This document shows positions 1 to 14,250 of a DNA stretch of 64,000 bases, piece after piece. The DNA is from Eledone cirrhosa (taxonomy: Eukaryota): positions 193,378,001 to 193,442,000 of the forward strand of contig OZ024743.1 in the NCBI GenBank assembly GCA_964016885.1, given 5' to 3'. The translations under genes and the position numbers were made by a program. The notes beneath the pieces are model-generated. The model searched no databases, was not told the origin of the DNA, and worked only from the letters and a program-made list of their open reading frames with translations. The stretch's first letter is position 1. Each line of letters starts with the position of its first letter.

Positions 1-29
1 TGTCACCAGAAATAATTTTTTTAATGTAT

Positions 30-760
30 CACTATCACCACCATCTTCACTGCCATCGCTACCACCACCACCACCATCATCACCATTACCATCACTGCCA
101 TCACCACCACCTTCACTACAGTCACTAACACCACCACCACCACCACCATCACCACCACCACCACCATCACCACCATAACTACCATTACCGCCACTACCAC
201 CCCTACTATCACTGCTACAACTACCATCACCATCACTTGCACCACCACTACCACTAGTACAATGATTGCCATCACCACCATCACCATAACAACTACCATC
301 AAATCACTACCACCACCAAAATCACTATCACAGCAACCACCAGTATCACTGCCACCACCACCATCACCATCACCAATAATATTACCACCACTACCACTAC
401 CACCATCACTGCCATCATCAGCAATAATATTACCACCACTACCACTACCACTACCACTACCACCATCACCACCACCATCACCATCACCAATAATATTACC
501 ACCACTACCACCACCACTACCACTACCACTACCACTACCACCATCACCACCACCATCACCATCACCAATAATATTACCACCACTACCACCACCACTACCA
601 CTACCACTACCACTACCATCATCACCACCACCATTACCACCACTAAGACCACTGCTATCACAACTGCCATCATCACTACTACCGTCACAACTACTTTATC
701 ACCACCACCACCATGATCACTGCTATCAACACTATCGCTATTACCACCCCAATTACCATA
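30..760. repeat. Degenerate (CAC/CAT/TAC)n trinucleotide microsatellite
   Basis: Continuous accaccacc/catcac/tactac runs; the poly-V/P/T ORFs are low-complexity artefacts. Confidence 0.95.
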
Positions 761-762
761 TA

Positions 763-3700
763 TAGGTGTCCCGTTTTTTTATGGGGGGTCCGTTTTTATT
801 TGGGTGCCCCGTTTTTTTTTATGGGGGTGTCCGTTTTTCATTTGGGTGCCCCGTTTTTTTATGGGGGGATCCGTTTTTTATTTGGGTGCCCCGTCTTTTT
901 ATGGGGGTCCGTTTTTTATATGGGTGCCCCGTTTTTTATTTGGGTGCCCCGTTTTTTATTTGGGTGCCCCGTTTTTTTATGGGGTGCCCGTTTTTATTTG
1001 GGTGCCGCGTTTTTTTTATTTTGGTGCACCGTTTTTTATTTGGGTGCTCCGTTTTTTTATTTTGGTGCACCGTTTTTTTATTTGGGTGGTCCGTTTTTTT
1101 ATGGGGGGGGGGTCCGTTTTTTATTTGGGTACCCCGTTTTTTTATGGGGGGTCCATTCTTTATTTGGGTCCCCATTTTTTTATTTGGGTGCCCCGTTTTT
1201 TATGGGTGGTCCGTTATTTATTAGGGTGCCCCGTTTTTTATGGGGGGGGGGGGGGCGTTTTTTATTTGGGTGCCCCGTTTTTTTATGGGGGGTGGTCCGT
1301 TTTTTTAATTGGGTGCCCCGTTTTTTTATGGGCGGGTGCGTTTTTATTTGGGTGCCCAGTTTTTTTATGGAGGGGTCCGTTTTTTATTTAGGTGGCCCGT
1401 TTTTTATGGGGGGGTCCGTTTTTTATTTGGGTGCCCCGTCTTTTTATGGGGGTGGGGTGGGGGGTGGGGGGTTCGTTCTTTATTTGGGTGTCAATTCTTT
1501 TTATGGGGGGGCGGGCCGTTTTCTATTTGGGTGCCCCGTTTTTTAATGGGAGGGTCCGTATTTTATTTGGGTGCCCCGTTTTTTTAGGGGGGGGGGTCCG
1601 TTTTTTATTAGGGTGCCCCGTTTTTTTATGGGGTGAAGTCCATTTTTTATTTGGGTGCCCCGTTTTTTATTTGGGAGCCTCGGTTTTTTTATGGGGGGAT
1701 CCGTTTTTTATTTGGGTGCCCCGTCTTTTTATGGGGGTCCGTTTTTTATATGGGTGCCCCGTTTTTTATTTGGGTGCCCCGTTTTTTATTTGGGTGCCCC
1801 GTTTTTTTATTTGGGTGGCCCGTTTTTTATTTGGGTGCCCGTTTTTTTATGGGGTGAAGTCCATTTTTTATTTGGGTGCCCCGTTTTTTATTTGGGAGCC
1901 TCGGTTTTTTTATGGGGGGATCCGTTTTTTATTTGGGTGCCCCGTCTTTTTATGGGGGTCCGTTTTTTATATGGGTGCCCCGTTTTTTATTTGGGTGCCC
2001 CGTTTTTTATTTGGGTGCCCCGTTTTTTTATTTGGGTGGCCCGTTTTTTATTTGGGTGCCCGTTTTTTTATGGGGTGCCCGTTTTTATTTGGGTGCCGCA
2101 TTTTTTTATTTTGGTGCCCCGTTTTTTATGGGTGGTCCGTTATTTATTAGGGTGCCTCGTTTTTTATGGGGGGGGGGCGTTTTTTATTTGGGTGCCCCGT
2201 TTTTTATGGGGGGTGGTCCGTTTTTTTAATTGGGTGCCCCGTTTTTTTATGGGCGGGTCCGTTTTTTATTTGGGTGCCCAGTTTTTTTATGGAGGGGTCC
2301 GTTTTTTATTTGGGTGGCCCGTTTTTTTATGGGGGGGGTCCGTTTTTTATTTGGGTGCCCGTCTTTTTATGGGGTGGGTGGGGGGTTCGTTCTTTATTTG
2401 GGTGCCAATTCTTTTTATGGGGGGGGCGTTTTCTATTTGGGTGGCCCGTTTTTTAATGGGAGGGTCCGTATTTTATTTGGGTGCCCCGTTTTTTATTTGG
2501 GTGCCCCGTATTTTTATGGGGGCTCCGTTTTTTATTTGGGTGCTCCGTTTCTTTATTTGGGTGCCCCGTTTTTTATCTGGGTGCTCCGTTTTTTATTTGG
2601 GTGCCCCGTTTTTTATTTGGGTGCCCCGTTTTTTATTTGGGTGCCTCGTATTTTTATTTGAGTGCCCCGTTTTTTATTTAGGTGCCCCGTTTTTTATCTG
2701 GGTGCCCCGTTTTTTTATTTGGGTGCCCTGATTTTTGATGGGGGGGGGTCCGTTTTTATTTGTGTCCCCCGTTATTTTATTTGGTTGCCCCGTTTTTTTT
2801 ATGGGGGGGTCCATTTTTTTTATGGGGGGGTCCATTTTTTTATTTGGGTGCCCCGTTTTTTTATTTAGGGAGAGTTCGTTTTTTATTTGGGTGCCCCGTT
2901 TTTTTATAGGGGTGGGGTGGGGGGTGGGGGGTTCGTTTTTTATTTGGGTGCCAATTCTTTTTATGGGGGGGGGGCGTTTTCTATTTGGGTGCCCCGTTTT
3001 TTAATGGGAGGGTCCGTATTTTATTTGGGTGCCCCGTTTTTTATTTGGGTGCCCCGTTTTTTTAGGGAGGGGGTCCATTTTTTATTTGGGTGCCCTGTTT
3101 TTTATTTGGGTACCCCGTTTTTTAATGGGGGGTCCGTTTTTTATGGAGGGTCGGTTTTTTTATTTGGGTGCCCCGTTTTTTCTATTGGGTGGTCCGTTTT
3201 CTATTTGGGTGTTCCGTTTTCTATTTGGGTGTCCCGTTTTTTATTTGGGTAGCCCGTTTTTTATGGGGGTGGGTCCTTTTTTTATTTGGGTGTCCCGTTT
3301 TTGTATGGGGTGGTCCCGCTTTCTATTTGGGTGCCCCGGTTTTTATGGGGGGGGGTCCTTTTTTTTATTTGGGTGCCTCTTTTTTTAATTGGGAGCCCCG
3401 TTTTTTTATTTGGGTGCCCCGTTTTTTTTATGGGGGTGTCCGTTTTTTATTTGGGGGGAGTCCGTATTTTTATCTGGGTGCCCCGTTTCTTTATGGGGGG
3501 TCCGTTTCTTGTTTGGATGCCCCGTTTTTTTATGGAGGGGTCCGTTTTTTATTTGGGTGCCCAGTTTTTTTATGGGCGGGGGGGGAAGTTCCGTTTTTTT
3601 TTAGGGTGCCTCGTTTTTTTATTTGGGTGCCCCGTTTTTCATTTGCCTGCCACGTTATTTTATGGGGGGTCCGTTTTTTATTTAGGTCCCCCGTTTTCTA

Positions 3701-6700
3701 TTTGTGTGCCCCGTTTTTTTATTTGGGTGCCCCGTTTTTTATGGGGGGTCCGTTTTTTATTTCGGTGCTCCGTTTTTTCATGGGGGTGGGTCCGTTTTTT
3801 TATGGGGGTCCGTTTTTTATTTGGGTGCCCCGTTTTTTATTTGGGTACGCCGTTTTTTAATGGGGGGTCCGTTTTTTATGGAGGGTCGGTTTTTTTATTT
3901 GGGTGCCCCGTTTTTTCTATTGGGTGGTCCGTTTTCTATTTGGGTGTTCCGTTTTCTATTTGGGTGTCCCGTTTTTTATTTGGGTAGCCCGTTTTTTATG
4001 GGGGGGGGGGGTCCTTTTTATATTTGGGTGCCTCTTTTTTTAATTGGGAGTCCCGTTTATTTATTTGGGTGCCCCGTTTTTTTATGGGGGGTCTCCATTT
4101 TTTATTTGGGGGGAGTCCGTTTTTTATATGGGTGCACCATTTTTTTATGGAGGGGTCCGTTTTTTTATGGAGGGTGCCCCGTTTTTTTATGGTGGGAGGG
4201 GGGTCCGTTTTTTATTTGGGTGCCCCGTTTTTTTTTATAGGGGTCCGTTTTTTAAGGGTCGTCCGTTTTTTATTTGGGTGCACCGTTTTTTTATTTGGGT
4301 GCCCCGTTTTTGTATGGGGGAGTCCGCTTTTTACTTGGGTGCCCCGTTTTTTTATGGGGGGGTCCCGCTTTCTATTTGGGTGCCCCGGATTTTATGGGGG
4401 GGGGGTCCGTTTTTTATTTGGGTGCCCCGTTTTTTTTATGGGCGGTCGTTTTTTATTAGGGTGCCCCGTTTTTTATGGGGATCCGTTTTTTATTTATGGG
4501 GGGGGGGGTCGTTTTTATTTGGGTGCTCCGTTTTTAACTTGGGTGCCCCGTTCTTTACTTGGGTGCCCCTTTTTTTATGGGGGGGGGGGGTCCGTTTTTT
4601 ATTTGGGTGCCCCGTTTTCTATTTGGGTGCCCCGTTTTTTTTATTTGGGAGCCCCGTTTTTTAATGGGGGGTCCGATTTCCTATGGGGGTCCGTTTTTTT
4701 TATTTGGGTGCCCCTTTTTTTTATTTGGGTGCGTCGTTTTTTATGGGGGGTCCGTTTTTTATTTCGGTGCCCCGTTATTTTTATGGGGTGGTCCGTTTTT
4801 TATTTGGGTGCCCCGTTTTTTTATAGGCTGGTCCTTTTTTACCTGGGTGCCCTGTTTTTTTATGGGTGTATCCGTTATTTATTAGGGTGTCCCGTTTTTA
4901 GGGGTGGGGTCCTTTTTTTCATTTGGGTGCCTCGTTTTTTATGGGGGGTCCGTCTTTTATTTGGGTGCCCCGTTTTATATTTGGGTGCCCCGTTTTTTTA
5001 TTTGGGTGCCCCGTTTTTTTATGGCGGGTCCGTTTTTTATTTGCGTGCCCCCTTTATTCATTTGAGTGACCCGTTTTTATGGGGGGTGTCAGTTTTTTAT
5101 GGGGGTGGGTCCTTTTTTTATGGGGCGTCCGTTTTTTATATGGGTGCCCCGTTTTTTATTTGAGTGCCCCGTTTTTTTATGGGGTGTGTGCGTTTTTTAT
5201 TTGGGGGGAGTCCGTTTTTTATCTGGGTGCCCCGTTTTTTTTATGGGGGGGTCCGTTTTTTATTTGGGTGCCTCGTTTCTTTATGAAGGCGTCCTTTTTT
5301 TATTTGGTAGCCCCGTTTTTTATAGGGGGTGGTCCGTTTTTAATTTGGGTGCCCCCTTTATTCATTTGGGTGACCCGTTTTTTATTTGTGTGCCCCGTTT
5401 TTTTATTTGGGTGCCCCGTTTTTCTATGGAGCGTTATGTTTTTCATGGGGGGGATCCCTTTTTTATTTGGGTGCCTTGTTTTTTTATTTGGGTGCCCCTT
5501 TTTTTATGGGGGGGGTCCGTTTTTTATTTGGGTGCCCCGTTTTTTATGGGGCGTCCGTCTTATATCTGGGTGCCCCTTTTTTATGGGGGGATCCGTTATT
5601 CATTTGGGTGCCCCGTTCTTTTATGGGGGGTCCGTTTTTTATTTGGGTGCCGCATCTGTTTATGGGGGTCCGTTTTTTATATGGGTGCCCCTTTTTTTAA
5701 TTGGGTGCCCCGTTAATTTATTTGGGTGCTCCGTTTTTTTATGGGGTGTGTGCGTTTTTTATTTGGGGGGAGTCCGTTTTTTATCTGGGTGCCCCGTTTT
5801 TTTTATGGGGGGGTCCGTTTTTTATTTGGGTGCCTCGTTTTTTTATGAAGGCGTCCTTTTTTTATTTGGTAGCCCCGTTTTTTATAGGGGGTGTTTCGTT
5901 TTTAATTTGGGTGCCCCGTATTTTTATTTGGGTGCCCCGTTTTTTTATGGGGGGGGGGTCCATTTTTTATAAGGATTGTCCGTTTTTTTATCTGGGTGCC
6001 CCGTTTTTTTTATTTTGGTGCCCCTTTTCTATTTGGGTGCCCCGTTTTTTTTTATGTGGGGTCCGTCTTTTATTTGGGTTCCCCGTGTTTTTATGTGGGT
6101 GGGTCCGTTTTTTATTGGGGTTCCGTTTTTATTTGGGTGCCCCGTTTTTTTTATTTGGGTGCTCCGTTTTTTTTATTTTGATGGTCCGTTTTTTATTTGG
6201 GTGCCCCGTTTTTTTTATGGGGTTACCGTTTTTTATTTGGGTGCCCCGTTTTTTTATTTGGGTGCCCTGTTTTTTTATGGGGGGGTCCGTTTTTTATGAG
6301 GATTGTCCGTTTTTATTTGGGTGCCCCGTTTTTTATGGAGGGGTCCGTTTTTTATAAGGGTGCTCCGTTATTTTATTTGGTTACCCCGTTTTTTTATAGG
6401 GGGGGGGGGTCCGTTTTTTAATTTGGGCGTCCCGTTTTTTATTTGGGTGCCCCATTTTTTTTATTCGGGTGCCCCGTTTTTTTATAGGGGCGTCCGTATT
6501 TTTATGGGCCGGTCCGTTTCTTATTTGAGTGCCCCGTTTTTTTATTTGGATGCCCCGTTTTTTGTTTGGTTGCCCCTTTTTTATTTGGGTGCTCCATTGT
6601 TTTATGGCGGGTCCGTCTTTTATTTGGGTTCCCCGTGTTTTTATGGGGGGGGGGGGGTCCGTTTTTTATGGGGGTTCCGTTTTTTATTTGGGTGCTCCGT

Positions 6701-9700
6701 TTTTTTATTTGGGTGCTCGGTTTTTTTATTTGGGTGCTTCGTTTTTTATTTGGGTGCACCGTTTCTTTATTTGGGTGTCCCGTTTTTTTTATTTGCGTGC
6801 CCCGTTTCTTTATTTGGGTGTCCCGTTTCCTATTTAGGTGCCCCGTTTTTTTATTGGGGGGGGGTCCATTTTTTATTTGGGTGCCCCGTTTTTTATGGGG
6901 GGCCGTATTTTATTTGGGTACCCCGTTTTTTTATGGGGTTTCTGTTTCCTATTTGGGTGCCCCGTTTTTTTTATGGGGGGGGTCCGGTTTTTATTTGGGT
7001 GCCCCGTTTTTTATGGGGGGGGGGGGCCGTTTTTTATTTGGGTGACCCGCTTTTTATTTGGGTGCCCCGTTCTTTATTTGGGTGCCCCGTTTTTTTATGG
7101 CGGGTCCGTTTTTTATTTGCGTGCCCCCTTTATTCATTTGGGTGGCCCCTTTTTTATGGGGGCGGGTCCGTTTTTCATGGGGGTGTCCCGTTTGTTTATG
7201 GTGGTTCCGTTTTTTAATGGGGGGGGGGTCCGTTTTTTACATGGGTGCCCCGTTTTTTATTTGGGTGCCTTATTTTTTCTTCTAGGGGGGTCCGTTTTTT
7301 TATGGGGGGATCCCTTTTTTATTTGGGTGCCCTGTTTTTTTATTTGGGTGCCCCGTTTTTTTATTTAGGTGCCCCGTTTTTTATTTGGGTGCCCAATTTT
7401 TTTTATGGGGGGTCCGTTTATTATTTGTTTGCCCCGTTTTTTTTATGGGAGTCCGTTTTTTTAGGGGGGTCCGTTTCTTTATGGGGAGGTCCATTTTTTA
7501 TTTGGGAGCCCCGTCTTTTTATTTGGGTGCCCCGTTTTATTATGGGGGAGGGTCCGTTTTTTTATGGAGGTCCGTTTTTTATTTCTGGGCCCCGTTTTTT
7601 ATTTGGGTGCACCGTTTTTATATTTCGGTGCCCCGTTTTTTTATTTGGGTGCCCCGTTTTTTATGTGGGTGTCCGTTTTTATGGGGGGAGGGGTCCGTTC
7701 TTTATTCGGGTGCCCCGTATTTTTTATGGATGCCCCGTTTTTTATTTGGGTGCCCCGTTTTTTTATGTGGGGGGGGGGTCCGTTTTTCATTTGGGTGCCC
7801 CGTTTTTTAATGGGGGGTCCGTTTTTTATTAGGGTGCCGTGTTTTTTTATGGGCGGGTCCGTTTTTTATTTGGGTACCCCTTTTTTTAATTGGGTGCCCC
7901 GTTTTTTTTATTTGGGTGCCCCGTTTTTTTATGGGGAGTGCGATTTTTATTTGGGTGTCCCTTTTTTTTATGGGGATGTCCATTTTTTATTCGGGTGACC
8001 CGTTTTTTATTTGGGTGCACCGTTTTTTTATTTGGGTGCCCCGTTTTCTTATTTGGGTGCCCCGTTTTTTATGGGCGGGTCCGTTTCTTATTTGGGTGCC
8101 CGTTTTTTTATGGGGGGGGGGGTCGTTTTTTATTTGGGTGCCTCGTTTTTTACTTGGGTACCCCGTTTTTTTTTATGGGGGGTCCGTTTTTTATTTGGGT
8201 GCCCCGTTTTCTATTTGGGTGCCCCATTTTTTTATTTGGGTTCCCCGTTTTTTAATGGGGGGTCCGATTTCTTATGGGTGCCCCGTTTTTTATTTGGGTG
8301 CCCCGTCTTTTTATGGGGGTTCGTTTTTTAATGGGGATGGGTCCGTTTTTTACATGGGTGCCCCGTTTTTTATTTGGGTGCCTAGTTTTTCTTCTAGGGG
8401 GGTCCGTTTTTTTATGGGGGGATCCCTTTTTTATTTGGGTGCCCTGTTTTTTTATTTGGGTGCCCCGTTTTTTTATTTGGGTGCCCCGTTTTTTATTTGG
8501 GTGCCCAATTTTTTTTATGGTGGGTCCGTTTATTATTTGTTTGCCCCGTTTTTTTTTATGGGGGTCCGTTTTTTTATGGGGGGTCCGTTTCTTTATGGGG
8601 AGGTCCATTTTTTATTTGGGAGCCCCGTCTTTTTATTTGGGTACCCCGTTTTATTATGGGGAGGGTCCGTTTTTTTATGGAGGTCCGTTTTTTTATTTCT
8701 GGGCCCCGTTTTTTATTTGGGTGCACCGTTTTTATATTTGGGTGCCCCGTTTTTTTATTTGGGTGCCCCGTTTTTTTATGTGGGTGTCCGTTTTTATGGG
8801 GGGAGGGGTCCGTTCTTTATTCGGGTGCCCCGTATTTTTTATGGATGCCCCGTTTTTTTATTTGGGTGCCCCGTTTTTTTTATGCGGGGGTCCGTTTATT
8901 ATTTGGGTGCCTCGTTTTTTATGTGGGGGTCCGTTTTTCATTTGGGTGCCCCGTTTTTTAATGGGGGGTCCGTTTTTTATTAGGGTGCCCCGTTTTTTTA
9001 TGGGCGGGTCCGTTTTTTATTTGGGTACCCCTTTTTTTAATTGGGTGCCCCGTTTTTTTTATTTGAGTGCCCCGTTTTTTTTATGGGGAGTGCGATTTTT
9101 ATTTGGGTGTCCCTTTTTTTATGGGGATGTCCATTTTTTATTCGGGTGACCCGTTTTTTATTTGGGTGCACCGTTTTTTTATTTGGGTGCCCCGTTTTCT
9201 TATTTGGGTGCCCCGTTTTTTATGGGCGGGTCCGTTTCTTATTTGGGTGCCCGTTTTTTTATGGGGGGGGGGTCGTTTTTTATTTGGGTGCCTCGTTTTT
9301 TACTTGGGTATCCCGTTTTCTTTATGGGGGGTCCGTTTTTTATTTGGGTGCCCCGTTTTCTATTTGGGTGCCCCATTTTTTTATTTGGGAGCCCCGTTTT
9401 TTAATGGGGGGTCCGATTTCTTATGGGTGCCCCGTTTTTTATTTGGGTGCCCCGTCTTTTTATGGGGGTTCGTTTTTTTATTTGGGTGCCCCGCTCTTTT
9501 ATTTGGGTGCCTTGTTTATTAATTGGGTGCCCCGTTTTTTATGGGGGGGATCCGTTTTTTATTTGGGTGCTCCCTTTTTTATGGGGGGTCCGTTTTTTTA
9601 TTTGGGAGCCCCGTTTTTTTATGGGGGGGTCCGTTTTTCATTTAGGTGCCCCGTTTTTTATTTGGGTGCCCCGTTTTTTTATTTGGGTTCCCCATATTTT

Positions 9701-12100
9701 TATGAGGGGGGTCCGTTTTTTATTTGGGTGCCCCGTTTTTTTATTTGGGTGTCCGTTTTTTTATTTGGGTGTCCGTTTTTTTATTTGGGTGCCCCGTTTT
9801 CTTATGGGGGGTTCGTTTTTATTTGGGTGCCCACTATTTTGTGGGGGGTCCGTTTTTTATTTGGGTGCCCCCTTTTTTTATGAGGAGGGCGTTTTTTATT
9901 TGGGTGACCCGTTTTTTTATGGGGGGGTCCGTTTTTAATTTGGGTGCCCGTTTTTAATAGTGGGGGGATGTTGATTCTTTTTTTATTTGGGTGCCCGTTT
10001 TATAATGGGGGAGCGGTCCGTTTTTTATTTGCGTGACCGTTTTTTTATTTGGGTGACCCGTTCTTTATTTGGGTGCCCCGTTTTTTTTTTTGGGGGGGGG
10101 GGGGTCCGTTTTTTATTTGGGTGCCCCGTTTTTTATTTAGGTGCCCCGTTTTTTATTTGGGTGCCCCGTTTTTTTTATGGCGGGTCCGTTTTTTATTTGG
10201 GTGCCCCGTTTTTTATGGGTGGGGTCCGTTTTTTATTTGGGTGCCCCGTTTTTTTATGGAGGGTACGTTTTTTATTTGGATGCCCCGTTTTTTTATGGGG
10301 GAGGTCCGTTTTTTTATAAAAAAACCGACCTCTCCCATAAAATATCGGGTAGAAAAATAAAAAAACGGGGCACCCAAATAAAAGAACCGATTCCCCCAAA
10401 ATGAAAACGGACCTACAAATGAAAAATGGACCCCCGAAATAAAAAACGGATGACCCCCCATAAAAACGGGGCACCCAAATAATAAACGGACCCCGCCATA
10501 CAAAAACGGGGCACCCAATTAAAAAACGGACCTCCCATAAAAAAACGGGGCACCCAAATAAAGAACGCCCCCTCCCCTAAATAAACGGGGCACCCAAATA
10601 AAGAACGCCCCCCCCCATAAAAACGGAGCACCCAAATAAAAAATGGATCCGTTTTTATTTGGGGGGGATCCATTTTTTATTTGGGCGGACCCGTTTTTCA
10701 TTTGGGTGGATACGTTTTTTATTTGGGGGGATACATTTTTTTATTTAGGTGGGTCTGTTTTTTTATTTTTTGGCCCTTTTTTATTTTGGGGTGATCCGTT
10801 TTTTATTTGGGTGCATCCCTTTTTTATTTGTGAAGCGCACGCGTTTCTTATTTGGGGGTCCATTTTTTATTTGGGTGGACCCGTTTTTCATTTGGGGGAT
10901 CCGTTTTTTATTTGGGGGATCCCTTTTTTATTTGGGTGGATCCGTTTTTTATTTGGGAGGGGGGGGGGGGCGGTACCTTTTTTATTTGGGTGCCCCGTTT
11001 TTTATTTGGGTTCCCGTTTTTTATTTGGGTGCCCCGTTTTTTTATGGGGGGGTCCGTTTTTTATTTGGGTGCCCCGTTTTTTATGGGGGGTCCTTTTTTT
11101 ATTTGGGTGCCCCGTTTTCTTATGGGGGGTCCGTTTTTTATTTGGGTGCTCCCTTTTTTATGGGGGGGTCCGTTTTTTATTTGGGTGCTCCCTTTTTTAT
11201 GGGGGGGTCCGTTTTTTTATTTGGGAGCCCGTTTTTTTATGGGGGGGTTCCGTTTTTCATTTAGGTGCCCCGTTTTTTATTTGGGTGCCTGGTTTTTTTA
11301 TTTGGGTGTCCGTTTTTTTATTTGGGTGCCCCGTTTTCTTATGGGGGGGGGTTCGTTTTTATTTGGGTGCCCACTTTTTTTTATGAGGAGGGCGTTTTTT
11401 ATTTGGGTGACCCGTTTTTTATGGGGGGTCCGTTTTTTATTTGTGTGACGCGATTTTTTATGGAGGGGGGCGTCCGTTTTTATTTGGATGCCCCGTTTTA
11501 TATGGAGGGGGGCGTTTTTTATTTGGGTGCCCCGTTTTATATGGAGGGGGCGTTTTTTTATTTGGGTGCCAGGTTTTTTTATTTGGGTGCCCCGTTTTTC
11601 TATTTGGGTTCCCCGTTTTTTATTTGGGGCCCCGTTTTTTATGTGGTTGCGTCCGTTATTTTATTTGGGTGCCCGTATTTTATGGGGGGTCCGTTTTTTT
11701 AATATATATATGCATGTATATATCTATATATATATATTTTTTTTTATTTTTATCAAAAACGGACCACCTCCATAAAAAAACGGCCCTCCCCATAAAAAAA
11801 CAGGCACCCAAATAAAGAAACGGGGCACCCAAATAAAAAAACGGGGCACCCAAATAAAAAACGGGGCACCCAAATTAAAAAAACGGGGCACCCAAATAAA
11901 AAACGGACCCCCCGCCGCATAAAAAAGCGGGTTTTTTATTTGGGTGCCCCGTTTTTTATTTGGGTACCCCGTTTTTTTATGGGGTGTCCCTTTTTTATTT
12001 GGGTGCCCCGTTTTTTTATGGGGGGGTCCCTTTTTTATTTGGGTGCCCCGTTTTTTTATGGGGGTCGCTTTTTAATTTGGGTGCCCCGTTTTTTTATTTG
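763..12100. repeat. ~11.3-kb satellite array of ~20-bp units (TnATTTGGGTGCCCCG alternating with TnATGnTCCG)
   Basis: Hundreds of related units with variable homopolymer length; inverted blocks at ~10317-10645 and ~11755-11925. Confidence 0.97.
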
Positions 12101-13482
12101 TCTGGTCCATGCAAATGCGTCTATGGAATGCTCCGACACTCTCATCTTAATTTCAGGCCGTTCTATTTGAGAAGCTAGCTGGAAGAATCCTCGTCGCAAG
12201 CGATAGGGTACCATCATACATATGAACACATAAGACACACACACGTTATAACGGAGGGTTTCAGGGTGGGACTACATTGGTTCTTCGACTTACTGGCAGA
12301 ATACATTTTTTTTACTTCAATGGTGAGAAGAAAGGCGAAATAAAGTGTCTTGCTGAAGAACACAACGCACTGATGGTATTCGAACTCTCAACATTACAAT
12401 CACGAGACACACACACATATGCACACATACACAGATACAGTAACACACATATGCACACACACACATAAGCAAACAAATACACACACATATATATATACAC
12501 ATAAACACTTATGCACACACACAGATACACACATAAACACACCACACATGCATATGTAGCGAAATCTATCCACGCCTTGAACCTTGTGTGACACCTAAAA
12601 GTCAAATTCTAGGTCACCACCCTGTTGGTGTGAACAGGTTCATGCGGGGGCTATCCCCTCAAGGTGGGAGACAGAAAGCGACAGATATATAAAGCTATAT
12701 TTTCCCACCTTAGACACAGGGAGATCGGAGCACCACGATACAGACCATCTATGGGAAAGATTCACCACTACCTTCAGGCCCCAGAGGTCTACAGACATAC
12801 AGAGCGATCGGAGCAGTACGCTATTACAAGCTATGTGAAAGATTCACCTCTATCTACAGGCCACAGTGGTCTACAGTCAACTACAGACCATTATCTCTCT
12901 CTTGGCGCATTCTAAACCAGCCTCATGAACCAACAACAAAAATAACATTGTCAACCTTTGCAACTCGTGGTAATATGTTTATTGTTCTTTTTGACTCAAG
13001 TGAAGTAAACCTTTATATATAAACTAAATCTTTATTCTTGTTATTAAATCTAACAACTTTGTTATAACCATTCTAACAATTTCTTACTTATACCCTTCGT
13101 TAAACATATATATACGTGTCTCAGTGAGTCTATGTACTTATGCAATGGTAAAAAGAATATACACCTGTGAATTGAATCATTGGTACTGTAGTCAATTTTC
13201 CTTTCCCTATTTCCACATCTTCACATACATACACACAGCCACATATACAGATAACCACACTATCGTCTATCTTTCTATCTACCTGCCAACCTACCTGTCT
13301 ATCTACCTCTCTCTATCTCTCACACACACACACAAATATATCTATTCTAGAGAGTGTGTCCGTTAGATGAATAATTGCATTTCAAGAATTACGAAGAATT
13401 TGCAAGTTACTTCATCCGGGGAGGATTAATAATAGCTTCACTAACCTCAGAAGACGATTTGTGTGTGGTATGTATGTGTGTT

Positions 13483-13512
<30 letters not shown>

Positions 13513-13513
<1 letters not shown>

Positions 13514-14250
13514 TCGCGCATGCGCAGTATGGACCGGCCTTCGCGCATGCGCAGTACGGACCAGCCTTCGCGCATGCGCACTTCGGACCAGCCTTTGCGT
13601 ATGCGCCTTTTGGACCACACTTCGCGCATGTGAAGTATGGACCAGCCTTCGTGCATGCGCACTTTGGGCCAAACTTCGCGCATGTGCACTTCAGACCAGA
13701 CTTCGCGCATGCGCACTTTGGACCAGACTTCGCTGCATGCGCAGTATGGACCAGACTTCGTGCAAGCGCACTTCGGACCAGACTTCACGCATTTGCATGG
13801 ATCAGACTTCACACATGCGCTCTTCGGATAGACTTTGCGCATGCGCACTTCGGAACATACTTTATGCATGCGCACTTCGGATCAGACTTTGCGCATGCAC
13901 ACTTCGGACCAGACTTCGCGCATGTGCATGTCGGACCAGCCTTCGCATGCACACTTCGGACCAGACTTCGCGCATACGAACTTCGGACAACACTTTGCGC
14001 ATACGCACTTCGGACCAGACTTCATGCATGTGCACTTCGGACCAGACTTCTCGCATGCGCAGTACGGACCAGCATTCGCGCATGTGCACTTCCAACCAAA
14101 TTTCGCGCCTGCGCAGTACTGACCAACTTCGCGCATATGCACTTCTGACCAGACTTCATGCATGCGCACTTCGGACCAAACTTCGCATGCGCACTTCGGA
14201 CCAGACTTAACCCATGCGCTCTTCAGACCAGACTTCGCGCATGCGCACTA
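13513..14250. repeat. 27-bp tandem repeat (cttcgcgcatgcgcacttcggaccaga-like), ~27 copies
   Basis: Unit visible directly and as a 9-aa period (FAHAHFGPD) in ORF 13375..14148. Confidence 0.93.

Noticed and set aside
713-12178. Dozens of F/G/P-rich ORFs
   Set aside because: Open in all + frames only because the satellite has few stop codons
12555-13106. Possible solo LTR (TG...CA)
   Set aside because: No convincing TSD, PBS or second copy in the window
13375-14210. His-rich repeat protein ORF
   Set aside because: Translation of the 27-bp repeat; frame shifts between units; no splice or start context
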